NCBI GenBank assembly: GCA_963743915.1
Contig: CAVURN010000003.1
Span: 416,001-480,000, forward strand
From: an uncultured Actinomycetota bacterium
GTDB lineage: Bacteria > Actinomycetota > Actinomycetes > JAHEKZ01
Direction: 5' to 3'
DNA: 64,000 nt
Both the position numbers and the translations under genes were made by a program. Shown here piece by piece: positions 20,763-30,669 of this stretch (within the stretch, counting starts at the first letter, position 1; every line of letters begins with the position of its first letter). A model generated the notes under the pieces. It saw only the letters and a list, made by a program, of their open reading frames with translations. It made no database searches and was not told the DNA's origin.

Positions 20763-22588
20763 CAGAAGGCGGACTCGGCCAGCTCCATGAGGTCGTCGTC
20801 CGTCGCCTCGAGGATCGCGCGCTCGGCCGCGAGGTGCGGCAGCACCTGGGCGGTGAACCAGCGGGCGGCCGCCACCTTGCCCCGGTAGAAGTCGGCGTCG
20901 GACGCCGACGCGTCACCGTTCCAGCGCCGCGAGAGCGACCTCGGCCTGACGGAGCAGCAGCCAGGCGACGACGACGTCCCCCACCGCGAACAGCAGTCGC
21001 GTGGTGTTGAGCCCGGCGCGGTAGACCGACTCCGGCTCGGTGGCCGACGCCTGGGCGAAGCCGGCCATGGCGGCGATCATCGCCTGCACGTCCTGCCAGT
21101 GCGCGCCCGAGCTGCGCGCGCTCGCCCGCGAGTGCCGTTGGGCCGCTCGCCGCGAATGCGCCGATCTGCTCGGCCGAGCCGGGTGATGGCGCCGAACTCG
21201 TCCCGCACCATCTTGCGGAAGAACAGGTCCAGTCCCTGGATCGCCGTCGTCCCCTCGTAGAGGGTGTCGATCTTGGCGTCCCGGATGTACTGCTCGATGG
21301 GGTAGTCCTGCAGGTAGCCGGATCCGCCGAAGCACTGCAGCGACTCCGCCAGCAGCGCGTAGGACTTCTCCGACCCGTATCCCTTCACCAGGGGCAGCAG
21401 CAGGTCGTTCAGCGCGCGGTCGGCCGCTGCGTCCTCGCCGGTGGTGTGTTTCATCTCGACGGTGTCCTGCACGGAGGCGGTGAAGAGAACCAGCGCGCGC
21501 ATTCCTTCGCTGTACGCCTTCTGCGTCATCAGTGAACGGCGGACGTCGGGGTGGTGGATCACGGTCACACGCGGAGCGCTCTTGTCAGCGGAACGCGTGA
21601 GGTCCGCGCCTTGGACCCGCGTCTTGGTGTACTCCAGTGCGTTCAGGTAACCGGTGGACAGGGTTGCGATGGCCTTGGTGCCGACGAGCATGCGGGCGAA
21701 CTCGATCACCTTGAACATCTGGGCGATGCCGTCGTGCACCTCGCCGACGAGCCAGCCGACCGCGGGTTCGCGCTCGCCGAACGTCAGCTCGCAGGTGGTG
21801 GACGCCTTCAGCCCCATCTTGTGCTCGACGTTGGTGGCGTACACGCCGTTGCGCGTGAGCAGGTCGCCCGTCGACCAGTCGACGTGGAACTTGGGGACGA
21901 GGAAGAGCGAGAGCCCCTTGGTGCCGGGGCCGGCGCCCTCGGGGCGGGCGAGCACCAGATGGATGAGGTTGTCGGTCATGTCGTGCTCGCCAGAGGTGAT
22001 GAACCGCTTGACGCCGGTGATGTGCCACGACCCGTCCGGCTGCAGGGATGCGGACGTGCGACCCGACCCGACGTCGCTTCCCGCGTCCGGCTCGGTGAGC
22101 ACCATCGTCGCGCCCCACCGCTTCTGCGCCCACACCTGCGCCCACTGCTTCTGTTCGTCGGTACCGAGGTCGTAGAAGACGCGCGCGAATGCCGGCCCCA
22201 TGCCGAAGAAGTGGATGGCCGGGTTGCTGCCGAGCACCATCTCGGCGATCGCCCAGCGCAGGGACGGCGGGATCGGCGTTCCGCCGAGCTCGGCCGGAAG
22301 GTCGAGATCGGCCCAGCCGCCCTCGAGGTAGGCGTGGAACGCCTTGGCGAACTCCTGCGGCATCGTCACGCTGTGGGAGGTCGGGTCGAAGACCGGCGGT
22401 GTGCGGTCACCTGAGGTGAAGGCGTCCGCGAGAGTCGTGGTGGCCAGGTGCTCGACCTCGCGCAGCAGCGCGCGGCCGGTGTCGACGTCGACCTCGGTGT
22501 AGGGCCCGGTGCCGAGGAGCTGGTCCCGCCGCAGTACCTCGAACAGCATGAACTCGATGTCGCGGAGGTTCGCGCGGTAGTGGCCCAT
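20762..22588 (-). CDS. Acyl-CoA dehydrogenase, FadE5-like (frameshifts in the 3' part)
   Basis: [74 protein letters not shown]; ends MELAESAF*. Confidence 0.92.
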
Positions 22589-22606
22589 GGCCTACCCCCT
22601 CGGGTC

Positions 22607-22645
22607 GTTACCGACGAGTAACCCAGTGTGCTACTCATCGGTAAC
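22607..22645. promoter_or_regulatory. Two 16-bp palindromic operators (GTTACCGACGAGTAAC and GCTACTCATCGGTAAC)
   Basis: Each is an imperfect palindrome; together they form an inverted repeat (14/16) just upstream of the acyl-CoA dehydrogenase. Confidence 0.7.
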
Positions 22646-22674
22646 GTCTGGCAAGCACTTGAGGCAGCCAGAGA

Positions 22675-22719
22675 CCCGTCGAGTGTCCCCTGGGGGAGGT
22701 CCAGGCCCGTCGAGCGTCC
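22675..22719. repeat. Short tandem direct repeat (CCCGTCGAG[T/C]GTCC x2, 31-bp period)
   Basis: Same layout and core as 1033-1082. Confidence 0.55.
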
Positions 22720-22720
22720 G

Positions 22721-23539
22721 TCAGCAGGCGCGGTAGACGTAGTTCTTGGTGCCGGGAGCCGTGACCTGCAGGTTCCGCAGCACCACCGAAAGCTTGTCGG
22801 CCCAGTGGTTGCAGGTGAACCGGAAGTCCTGGCGCCGGTACTCGATCACGTAGACCTGGTCGCCGTACGCGTCGACGTAGTTGCGGCACTCGCGCCAGCG
22901 CCCGCACTCCTCGGCGATGGCGAAGTCGAAGCCGGTTGCCGCCCCGCGCATCGTCTGCCCGGCGGCGTTCTTCTGCCCGATGGGCAGTCCTTCGCTGTGG
23001 GCGCGCTCGATGAGCAGCGCCGCGTACGCGAATGCGTCGTCCTTGGTGATCAGCTTCTTCGACCGCGTCCACGAGTCGAGGTTGTCCGGCTCGATGGCGT
23101 CGAAGCCGTCCTCACCACAGCCCGCGATCCAGCGGCCGACGATCTTGGCCAGCGCCTGTCGTTTGGCGGGCGTGCGGATGTCGAACAGGATCTCGCCCCA
23201 GAAGCCGTCGACGACGAAGTCGCCGTCCTTCTTCAGCAGCAGGTTCCGGTGGTGGTTCTTCCACCAGCGGACCTCGGCCTCCTGCGTCTGGTAGGCGTTG
23301 ACGTAGCAGATCGTGTAGCCCTTGGCGAAGGGTCGGGCCTCGCGGTCGCGTGACACCAGGCTCACACCGTCGCGCGGCGCGTAGGGGTCGCCGATCTGGT
23401 AGTCCCACTTGCTGTTGGCCGGTGGCAGCTCGAGCACCGGACCGGCTGACGCCGGCAGCGCAGCGAACAGGGAAGCGAGCAGCATCGTGCAGACGCCGAT
23501 CAGTGCGCCAACGGAGACCGACCCTGCCCGAGTCCTCAC
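22721..23539 (-). CDS. Secreted GH114 endo-alpha-1,4-polygalactosaminidase
   Basis: Signal peptide; WDYQIG, YTICYVNAYQTQ, GFDAIEPDNLD, GQKN, FAIAEEC, VIEY. Confidence 0.88.
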   Translation of the reverse strand: MRTRAGSVSVGALIGVCTMLLASLFAALPASAGPVLELPPANSKWDYQIGDPYAPRDGVSLVSRDREARPFAKGYTICYVNAYQTQEAEVRWWKNHHRNLLLKKDGDFVVDGFWGEILFDIRTPAKRQALAKIVGRWIAGCGEDGFDAIEPDNLDSWTRSKKLITKDDAFAYAALLIERAHSEGLPIGQKNAAGQTMRGAATGFDFAIAEECGRWRECRNYVDAYGDQVYVIEYRRQDFRFTCNHWADKLSVVLRNLQVTAPGTKNYVYRAC

Positions 23540-23638
23540 GGTCGTTCCCTTCGTCGCGCCGTCACCTCAGGGCATCGTCGAAGTAGGGTCCTCCCCTGTC
23601 AAGGTGTCACCTGCACCCTGACGCCGTCGGACAGTGGG

Positions 23639-24235
23639 GTGGACCGCGTGAGTCGGAACTCCGTCGACCTGCTGTGGCTGCCGCTGGGGGTCGGTGGACG
23701 CACACCCCTGGTCCGTTGGAGTGGTCGCGCGTACGAGCAGCTGACAGCGCGCCGCAACCGGCGAGCACCCCAACAGCTGTTCCACGCCGGTCTGGAAGTG
23801 CTCTCCGACGGTGTCCGGTACACCGTGGAGATGACACCGGCCTGGGGCGTCCCGGACGCGGATCGTGGCGTCGCGGTCAGCGGACCCGTGCTCCTCGCCA
23901 CCCTCGGGCGGTCCCGCTTCTTCCGGTACGAGGTGCGACGTTGGCGTGACGGGGTGATCCCCGACCGTCGTCACGCCGTCGAGAGCCCGATCCGGGTCAG
24001 CGCGGACGCGGACCGAGCGGCAGGGCTTCTCGCTGCGGTGCCGCGATGCCCGGCGCTCATCTGGGGACGCGACGAGCTCGGCGTCGGTGATATGTGGAAC
24101 TCCAACTCGATCATCGCGTGGCTGCTCGCGACCAGCGGGCACGACCTGCGCGAGGTGAGACCACCGCAGGGAGGACGCGCACCGGGCTGGGCGGCGGGGT
24201 TGCACGCTGCAAGTGGCGGAACCGCGCGTTCCTGA
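23639..24235 (+). CDS. Hypothetical protein, possible permuted papain-like (PPPDE/DUF3750-like) fold
   Basis: LWLPLG, FHAGLEV and MWNSNSIIAWLL motifs. Confidence 0.65.
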   Translation: MDRVSRNSVDLLWLPLGVGGRTPLVRWSGRAYEQLTARRNRRAPQQLFHAGLEVLSDGVRYTVEMTPAWGVPDADRGVAVSGPVLLATLGRSRFFRYEVRRWRDGVIPDRRHAVESPIRVSADADRAAGLLAAVPRCPALIWGRDELGVGDMWNSNSIIAWLLATSGHDLREVRPPQGGRAPGWAAGLHAASGGTARS

Positions 24236-24293
24236 CGAAGCCAGCAGACCGGACGCGTTGCGCCCTAGGCTCGGGGAACGGAGGGGAGGTGCC

Positions 24294-25829
24294 ATGCCCG
24301 ACGAGTCCCCGGACGCACCGAGGTTCCACCAGATCCAGCAGCGGCTGATCGACATGTGGCCGGACATGACCCTGCGGACGAGCGACGGTCCTCCCCGCAC
24401 CGTGATCGTCCTCAGCTCGCTGAGCGTCGACCTGCCCGATCACATGGCACCCCTGGCGACGGCCTACGAGGAGCGCTACCTCTGCTACGTCCTGCTGCTG
24501 GCGAAGGCGAAGAACACGCGCGTCGTCTACGTCACGTCGCAGCCGATGCTGCCGAGACTGGTCGACTACTACCTCACGCTGATCCCCGGGCTGGATCCCC
24601 ACGAGCTGCGTGAGCGGCTGACTGTCGTCTCGCTGAGCGACAGCTCGTTCCGCCCGCTGACGCAGAAGATTCTCGAGCGACCTCGCGTCATCGAGCGGCT
24701 GCGACGGATGCTCGAGGGTTCGGAGCACACGCTGATCATCCCGTTCATGTCGACCGAGCTGGAGGCTCAGCTCGGCCTGGCGCTGCGAACACCGGTCTAC
24801 GGCCCGGATCCATCCTTGTCGTTCCTCGGCAGCAAGTCCGGCAGCCGTCAGGTCTTCGCTCGCGCGGGACACCCCGGGCCGCGGGGCGTCGAGGGTGTTC
24901 GGGACCTGGGTGACGTACTCGGCGCGGTGCAGCAGATCCAGGCCGAGTCAGCCGTCGGTGACGTGATGGTCAAGCTGGACGAAGGCGTGAGCGGTCTGGG
25001 GAACGCCGTCGTCCGGCTGCCGCCGCACGCCAGTCGGAGCCAGGTCGAGCAGGCGGTCCGTTCGCTGGAGGCCGAGGACACGACGGTCGAACCCGATGCC
25101 TTCCTCGAGGCGCTGGAACGCACCGGCGGGATCGTCGAAGAGCTCGTCAAGGGCGATGACTTCTGCAGTCCGAGCATCCAGCTGCGCGCGAGTCCGCTGG
25201 GCGAGGTCGAGGTGCTCTCGACGCACGACCAAGTGCTCGGCGGCACCCACCAGCAGACGTACCTCGGGTGCAAGTTCCCCGCGCACGACGACTACGCGCG
25301 ACTGCTCGTTGAGCCGGGTCTCGCGATCGGCAAGGAGCTGGCGAGCCGCGGGGTCATCGGTCGCTTCGGGATCGACTTCGTCGCGATCCGGCACGCCGAA
25401 GACGGTTGGCAGCTGCGCCCGGTCGAGGTCAACCTCCGTAACGGTGGCACGACGCATCCGATGCTCACGTTGCAGGCGTTGACCGACACCAGCTATGACG
25501 CCAGTACTGCCGAGCTCGTCTCACGCGGGCGCGCCAAGACGTACTTGGCTACCGACCACATGCACCACGACGCATTCGCCACGCTGACACCGGACGACCT
25601 GTTGGACGTCATCGAGGAGACCGAGCTGGGGTGGGACGAGGAGACGCAGACCGGCATTGCGTTCCACATGGCCAGCGCGATCGCGGTCGCAGGAGACATC
25701 GGAGTCACCGCCATCGGCGATTCCCCCAAGCAGGCACAGTGGCTGTACGACGCTGCCAAGCACGCGCTGGTCGGGGCCGTCAGTGAGGTCCGGGACGCGG
25801 ACACGACGCCTGAGCGCGCCAGCGGTTGA
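24294..25829 (+). CDS. PGM1-related ATP-grasp peptide ligase
   Basis: YEERYL, VYVTSQP, VDYYL pre-ATP-grasp region; GSKSGSR, VKLDEGVSGLGN, SPSIQ, STHDQVLGG, GRFGIDFV, EVNLRNGGTTHP; ATG after GGAGGT. Confidence 0.85.
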   Translation: MPDESPDAPRFHQIQQRLIDMWPDMTLRTSDGPPRTVIVLSSLSVDLPDHMAPLATAYEERYLCYVLLLAKAKNTRVVYVTSQPMLPRLVDYYLTLIPGLDPHELRERLTVVSLSDSSFRPLTQKILERPRVIERLRRMLEGSEHTLIIPFMSTELEAQLGLALRTPVYGPDPSLSFLGSKSGSRQVFARAGHPGPRGVEGVRDLGDVLGAVQQIQAESAVGDVMVKLDEGVSGLGNAVVRLPPHASRSQVEQAVRSLEAEDTTVEPDAFLEALERTGGIVEELVKGDDFCSPSIQLRASPLGEVEVLSTHDQVLGGTHQQTYLGCKFPAHDDYARLLVEPGLAIGKELASRGVIGRFGIDFVAIRHAEDGWQLRPVEVNLRNGGTTHPMLTLQALTDTSYDASTAELVSRGRAKTYLATDHMHHDAFATLTPDDLLDVIEETELGWDEETQTGIAFHMASAIAVAGDIGVTAIGDSPKQAQWLYDAAKHALVGAVSEVRDADTTPERASG

Positions 25830-25853
25830 CCGAGGCGGTTCGAGGAGCGAACG

Positions 25854-26234
25854 ATGCCCGATCCCAACATGCCGGATGAGTTCGACGTCTACACGCTCGT
25901 CATGCTGCGGCGTCCGCAGGAGGCGCCGGCGCTGTCGGACGAGGTGCTCGATCAGCTTCAGGAGCGCCACCTGGCCTACCGGGCAGAGCTCCGCAGGAGC
26001 GGCGCCATCGTCGTCAACGGCCCCTTCGACGAGCAGAGCGACCCGTCCTTCAGGGGCATGGCCATCTTCTCGTGCAGCCCAGCTGAGGCAGCCCGGCTGA
26101 CCGAGGGCGACCCTTCTGTCGCCGCTGGACGACTCACCTACGAGGTGATGCATTGGTGGGTGGGAGCAGGATCGCTGGCCTTCCCGCTCGCCCAGGACCC
26201 GGTGGGTCTCCGCCGCAGGATGCCGGAAGGCTGA
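25854..26234 (+). CDS. YciI family protein
   Basis: QERHLAY, NGPF, GDPSVAAGRL. Confidence 0.8.
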   Translation: MPDPNMPDEFDVYTLVMLRRPQEAPALSDEVLDQLQERHLAYRAELRRSGAIVVNGPFDEQSDPSFRGMAIFSCSPAEAARLTEGDPSVAAGRLTYEVMHWWVGAGSLAFPLAQDPVGLRRRMPEG

Positions 26235-26249
26235 GACTAGCCTGGTCGC

Positions 26250-26483
26250 GTGGCGAAGAAGCGGTGGAGCGATCTCAGCAACCGGCAACGCGCCGTTCTC
26301 GTGGTCGGCGGTGCCGTCGAGGTGGTACTGACGACTGCGGCGCTCGTCGACCTTGCTCGCCGTCCGAGCGACCAGGTCAAGGGATCCAAGGCGTGGTGGA
26401 CTCTGGCGTGCTTCGTCCAGCCGGTGGGTCCCGTCGCCTACCTGGCGATGGGACGCGCACAGGTGCGTCCGAGCAGCAACTGA
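26250..26483 (+). CDS. Small membrane protein, PLDc N-terminal-like
   Basis: ALVDLARRP..VKGSKAWW...VQPVGPVAYL; TAGCCT 6 nt before GTG. Confidence 0.8.
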   Translation: MAKKRWSDLSNRQRAVLVVGGAVEVVLTTAALVDLARRPSDQVKGSKAWWTLACFVQPVGPVAYLAMGRAQVRPSSN

Positions 26484-26516
26484 CCGCAGCTGGGTTAACG
26501 GGGGTGGCAGACCGAC

Positions 26517-27020
26517 TCACTCGGGAATCGGTGGGCCCACCACCTCGAGTCCGTACCGAGGGCCCACCTGGTTCCAGCGAGGGATCTCCTCCTCGAGTGG
26601 TGGCCCGTCGGCGCCGGGCAGTCGCAGGTCTTGCGCCGGCGCTCCGACCTCCTCATAGAGGTGGAACAGTCCGCCCGGGTTCGCGAGCCCCAAGAAGCGC
26701 GCCGGCTTGTCGCCGCGGATGCGAAAGGCGTGCGGCACGCCGGACGGTAGGTAGATGAAGCACCCGGGATACAGCTCGTAGTCCTCGCCCCCGGCCCGGT
26801 ACTGCATGCGACCGTCCAACAGGAAGAACGCTTCAGCCTCGCGGGTGTGGCGGTGCATCGGGGTGGCGATACCGGGAGGTTGCGTCACCAGAGCCACGCC
26901 GAGCTGACCCGACTCGGGAGGCGCGTCGAGCAGGTGCTCGAACAGGGAGCCCATCGCCCAGGTGCCTCGACTGGTGCCGGGCTCCTTCATGACGACGGTT
27001 TCTTGGGAGAGGGTCGACAT
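26517..27020 (-). CDS. Cupin domain protein (quercetin dioxygenase-like)
   Basis: PMHRHTREAEAFFLLDG and PSGVPHAF; GGAGGT RBS. Confidence 0.88.
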   Translation of the reverse strand: MSTLSQETVVMKEPGTSRGTWAMGSLFEHLLDAPPESGQLGVALVTQPPGIATPMHRHTREAEAFFLLDGRMQYRAGGEDYELYPGCFIYLPSGVPHAFRIRGDKPARFLGLANPGGLFHLYEEVGAPAQDLRLPGADGPPLEEEIPRWNQVGPRYGLEVVGPPIPE

Positions 27021-27039
27021 GGTCACCTCCGGTACCCGT

Positions 27040-27068
27040 AATTGATCCGAAATAACTTCGGATCAATT
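27040..27068. promoter_or_regulatory. Perfect 12-bp inverted repeat, probable TetR operator
   Basis: AATTGATCCGAA-N5-TTCGGATCAATT between the divergent cupin and TetR genes. Confidence 0.85.
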
Positions 27069-27083
27069 GGTACGGTAGGTCGC

Positions 27084-27758
27084 ATGACTCGAGGCGTCAA
27101 GAGCCGCTCGTACGACTCACCGGTCCGGCGCGCGGCGGCGGTCCGGACCCGGGCGGCGGTCATCGACGCCGCAGGCCGCCTCTTCAGCGAGCGCGGCTAC
27201 GCCGAGACCTCTGTGGCAGACATCGCGGCGGCGGCTGGTGTCTCCGTCGACACCTTGTACGCCGCTGTGGGCCGCAAACCCCAGCTGCTGCTCGCCGTGC
27301 ACGACTCGATCCTCAGCGAGGGGGAAGGTCCGCTCGACGCCGAGCAACGGCACTATGTCCAGGACATCAGGAGGGCCCCGACGGCTTCCGAGAAGATCGA
27401 CGTCTACGTCGACGCCCTCACCCGCCTGCTTCCGCGGACGGCACCCCTTCTCGAGGCGCTCAGGGTGGCGGGGCGTGACGACCCCGCGTGTCGAGAGATG
27501 TACGAACAGGTCAACGACAGGCGAGCGCACAACATGGGTCTCCTCGTCCGGGAGCTGCGTGCCACCGGCCAGATGCGGGACGGGATCGACGACGAGCGCG
27601 CAGCCCTCTTGGTGTGGTCGATGAATTCCTCCACGTACTACGAGCTGCTTCGCGCACGCGGGGTCACTGCCGAGGAGTACGGCGCACTGATCCGTGACGT
27701 ATGGGGGCGAACGCTGCTCGACGAGCGCGCCCAGGCGGCGTCCGAACCCGTGGGATGA
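27084..27758 (+). CDS. TetR family transcriptional regulator
   Basis: LFSERGYAETSVADIAAAAGVSVDTLYAAVGRK HTH. Confidence 0.93.
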   Translation: MTRGVKSRSYDSPVRRAAAVRTRAAVIDAAGRLFSERGYAETSVADIAAAAGVSVDTLYAAVGRKPQLLLAVHDSILSEGEGPLDAEQRHYVQDIRRAPTASEKIDVYVDALTRLLPRTAPLLEALRVAGRDDPACREMYEQVNDRRAHNMGLLVRELRATGQMRDGIDDERAALLVWSMNSSTYYELLRARGVTAEEYGALIRDVWGRTLLDERAQAASEPVG

Positions 27759-27796
27759 TGTCGCGAGACAACCGCCGGTTGGGAGCGTGACAACTG

Positions 27797-28012
27797 ATGG
27801 TGCCTGCGCTGGTGTTCTTCGGCATCGCGACCCTTGTTGGGTGCGTGATTCTGGCGATCGTGTGGCTGCGCCTTCGAGCAGCCGCGCGACAACCGGACGT
27901 GTCTGACGCGGACCTCTGTGAGCTCAAGCAGGCGAACAGGATCAGTTCGATGGCGGTCTTGGCGTCTGTCATCGGTCTTGCGGTCATGGGCCTGGCGTAC
28001 GTCCTCTTGTGA
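27797..28012 (+). CDS. Small two-TM hypothetical protein
   Basis: Two hydrophobic helices; GGGAG upstream. Confidence 0.5.
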   Translation: MVPALVFFGIATLVGCVILAIVWLRLRAAARQPDVSDADLCELKQANRISSMAVLASVIGLAVMGLAYVLL

Positions 28013-28094
28013 ATCAGCACGTGGTAGTCGCCGCAGTCCGCCGTCTCCGAGGGGGCGCCAACGACATCGCAGGCGGCGACGAGGTACCGGTCGC

Positions 28095-30296
28095 GTGACA
28101 CCTAGACTCTCGGCTGTGTGGCGATCCCTGGGTACACCGTCGCGTGCCATCCGGGCCACGCTGGTGTTGCTGGCGGTAGCAGGCGCAGTAGCAGGGGCCG
28201 CCCAACCATCCCACGCAGCGTCCGACGCCCCGGTGGTCGTTGTCGGAATCCCTGGGTTGAGCTGGGGTGACATCGATCCCGAAGCGACCCCCAACCTCTA
28301 CGCACTGACTGCCGACGCAGGCGGCGCACAGCTTTCTGTGCGATCGGTCTTTCGTGTCACATGTGCCGTTGACGGTTGGTTGACGGTTGGTGCAGGGCGA
28401 CGCGCGGCCGCGCAACGAGTCCAAGGAACGGACGAAACGGAGAACGTACCTGCCCTGAATGACTTCTGCCCGCCTGACCCGGAAGTCGAGCTACAACGGG
28501 AAGGCGCCCAAGTCGAGAGCTGGGAATCTCTGGTTGCCTACAACGGCGAGCTCTCGTTCAACGCGCGTCTGGGTCAGCTTGGTGAGGCAGCAAAGCTGAA
28601 CGGCACCTGCACCGCCGCTTATGGCGCGCGTGCTGCACTCGCCGTTGCAGACGAGTCGGGGCATGTGGAGAACTACTATCCTGCTGCCACCGCGGCCACC
28701 TCCGGCAGACTCGCGTCCTGCGAACTGTCAGTTGTGGAAGTAGCGTCGATTGATCTGCGTCCGGGTAACGAAGTCGATCGCCATGCGCAAGTGGCAGCAG
28801 CGGATGCCGCGCTGGGCGAGCTGTTGGCCAAGGTCCCAGAGTCGGCGACGGTGTTGCTGCTCGGCCTGGCAGACTCCGCGCCCTCGGCAAGACTGCAGGC
28901 AGCATCGTTGTCCGACGGGGATTCGTCGCTTGGCTACCTCACGAGCACGTCCACGAGGCTCACGGGTTTGATTCTGCTGACGGACATCACTCCCACCCTT
29001 TACCAGCTCCTGGAGCTACCGCCGGCAACCGACTTCGTCGGTGCCCCGGTCCAGAGCACACCCGCACAGGGAACAGTCGAGGAGCGCAACGCGGACCTCG
29101 TCAACCTGGATCGAAAGGTCGACGCCTACGGCGACGTCGCTCCGGCCTTCTTCACGGCTCTGGTCACCCTGCAGCTGATCCTGTACTCCTTCGCCGCCTG
29201 GGTCCTGCGCGGTCAGCCGCGCACCTCGGCGCGTCGAAGGCATCTCCTTCGTGTCACGGGGTTCCTGGCGCTGACCTTCGCCGCGATGCCCATCGCCACA
29301 TTCCTGGCCAACTACTTCCCGTGGTGGACGTGGTCCCGGCCTCGCATGGGCCTCGTCCTGGCGTGCATCGCCGTGGCCCTGTTGACCGCGGGTGTCTCGC
29401 TTCTGGGTCGCAAAATCCCGGGGATCCTCGGGGAAGTGTCGATCGTTGCGTCGGTCACCGCACTGGTCCTGGCCATCGACGTTGTGGGCGAGGACTACCT
29501 GCAGACCGCGAGCTTGATGGGCTATTCGCCGGTGATAGCGGGGCGGCTCTACGGTTTCGGAAACGTTGCCTTCGCCTTGTTCGTGACCGCTGGAATCTTC
29601 GCTGCCGCCTTCCTCTCCGATGGGCTGGTGCGTTCAGGTCGCCGGCGGTGGGCGGCTGCCTTGGTGATAGCCATAGGGCTGGCCTGTCTGCTGGTCGATG
29701 GATTGCCCGCGCTCGGTAGTGACTTCGGTGGCGTGCTCGCTTTGGCGCCCGCGTTCGGTGTCCTGACGCTGGGAGTGCTCGACCTCAGAGTCTCGTGGCC
29801 TCGGATGCTCGCGCTCTTGGGCATGGGCCTGGCCATTGTCACCACGCTGGCCGTGCTCGACTGGTTGCGCCCGGCCGACGAACAGTCGCACTTTGGTCGC
29901 TTCGTTCAACAGGTGCTCGACGGTGAGCTGTTGGACGTGTTGCTTCGAAAGCTGGGCAACAACATCAATATTCTCGGCAGCAGCTTTCTCGGAGTGCTGG
30001 TGCCGTCAGCGATGGTCTTTGGACTGGTCGTGCTCATGAGGGCCGGCACCGGCCGCGTGGCAGTGCTCCGCGAGGCGTTTGAGCGCGCTCCCACCTTGCG
30101 ACCGGCCCTCACAGCGTGGCTCGTGGCCATGGCGATCGGGTTCGCGGTCAACGACTCTGGGGTGGCGATTCCTGCGGTCGGCATCGTCTTTGCCATACCG
30201 GCGTTGATTGTAATATCGACCAGGGTTCTGGAGTTCCAGCAACCGCTTCATCAGGAGCCAAGTGATGTCCAGAGCGCAGGAGCTCCGAGAGGGTGA
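28095..30296 (+). CDS. Large membrane protein: extracellular alkaline-phosphatase-like domain plus multi-TM C-terminus
   Basis: Signal-like N-terminus; VVVGIPGLSW, TCAVDGWLTVGAG, LTDITPT; GRLYGFGN, LGSDFGG, SHFGRF, NDSG in the TM part. Confidence 0.7.
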   Translation: MTPRLSAVWRSLGTPSRAIRATLVLLAVAGAVAGAAQPSHAASDAPVVVVGIPGLSWGDIDPEATPNLYALTADAGGAQLSVRSVFRVTCAVDGWLTVGAGRRAAAQRVQGTDETENVPALNDFCPPDPEVELQREGAQVESWESLVAYNGELSFNARLGQLGEAAKLNGTCTAAYGARAALAVADESGHVENYYPAATAATSGRLASCELSVVEVASIDLRPGNEVDRHAQVAAADAALGELLAKVPESATVLLLGLADSAPSARLQAASLSDGDSSLGYLTSTSTRLTGLILLTDITPTLYQLLELPPATDFVGAPVQSTPAQGTVEERNADLVNLDRKVDAYGDVAPAFFTALVTLQLILYSFAAWVLRGQPRTSARRRHLLRVTGFLALTFAAMPIATFLANYFPWWTWSRPRMGLVLACIAVALLTAGVSLLGRKIPGILGEVSIVASVTALVLAIDVVGEDYLQTASLMGYSPVIAGRLYGFGNVAFALFVTAGIFAAAFLSDGLVRSGRRRWAAALVIAIGLACLLVDGLPALGSDFGGVLALAPAFGVLTLGVLDLRVSWPRMLALLGMGLAIVTTLAVLDWLRPADEQSHFGRFVQQVLDGELLDVLLRKLGNNINILGSSFLGVLVPSAMVFGLVVLMRAGTGRVAVLREAFERAPTLRPALTAWLVAMAIGFAVNDSGVAIPAVGIVFAIPALIVISTRVLEFQQPLHQEPSDVQSAGAPRG

Positions 30297-30669
30297 GACT
30301 GCACCTTCGTCGTTCTTGCTCATCTATGACGCCGACTGTGCCTTTTGCACGACGTCGGCGAAGTGGCTCGAGCGACACATGAAGCGCGACGCAGCCACGA
30401 TCGCAGCTTGGCAATCGCTCGACCTTCGAACGTTCGACCTGTCGGTGGACGATGTCACCACCGCAGCATGGTGGCTCGACGGCGAGGGGAACAGGTACCG
30501 CGCCCATGCGGCCATTGCGCGGGCGATGCGTTCCTGCGGACCTGTCATCTCGGCCGCGGGGTTCGTCATCGAGAAACCCCCGGTTTGCTGGCTGGCCGCT
30601 CCTGTCTATCGATGGATTGCCCGAAACCGTCAGCACATGCCGGGTGGCACGGACTCATGCGCCCTGTAG
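30265..30669 (+). CDS. DUF393/DCC1-like thiol-disulfide oxidoreductase
   Basis: LIYDADCAFC and YRWIARNR...PGGT..C. Confidence 0.88.
   Translation: MSRAQELREGETAPSSFLLIYDADCAFCTTSAKWLERHMKRDAATIAAWQSLDLRTFDLSVDDVTTAAWWLDGEGNRYRAHAAIARAMRSCGPVISAAGFVIEKPPVCWLAAPVYRWIARNRQHMPGGTDSCAL

Noticed and set aside
27770-27800. Possible att duplicate of the tRNA 3' end (GGAGCGTGAC)
   Set aside because: Too short and gapped, and no integrase in the window
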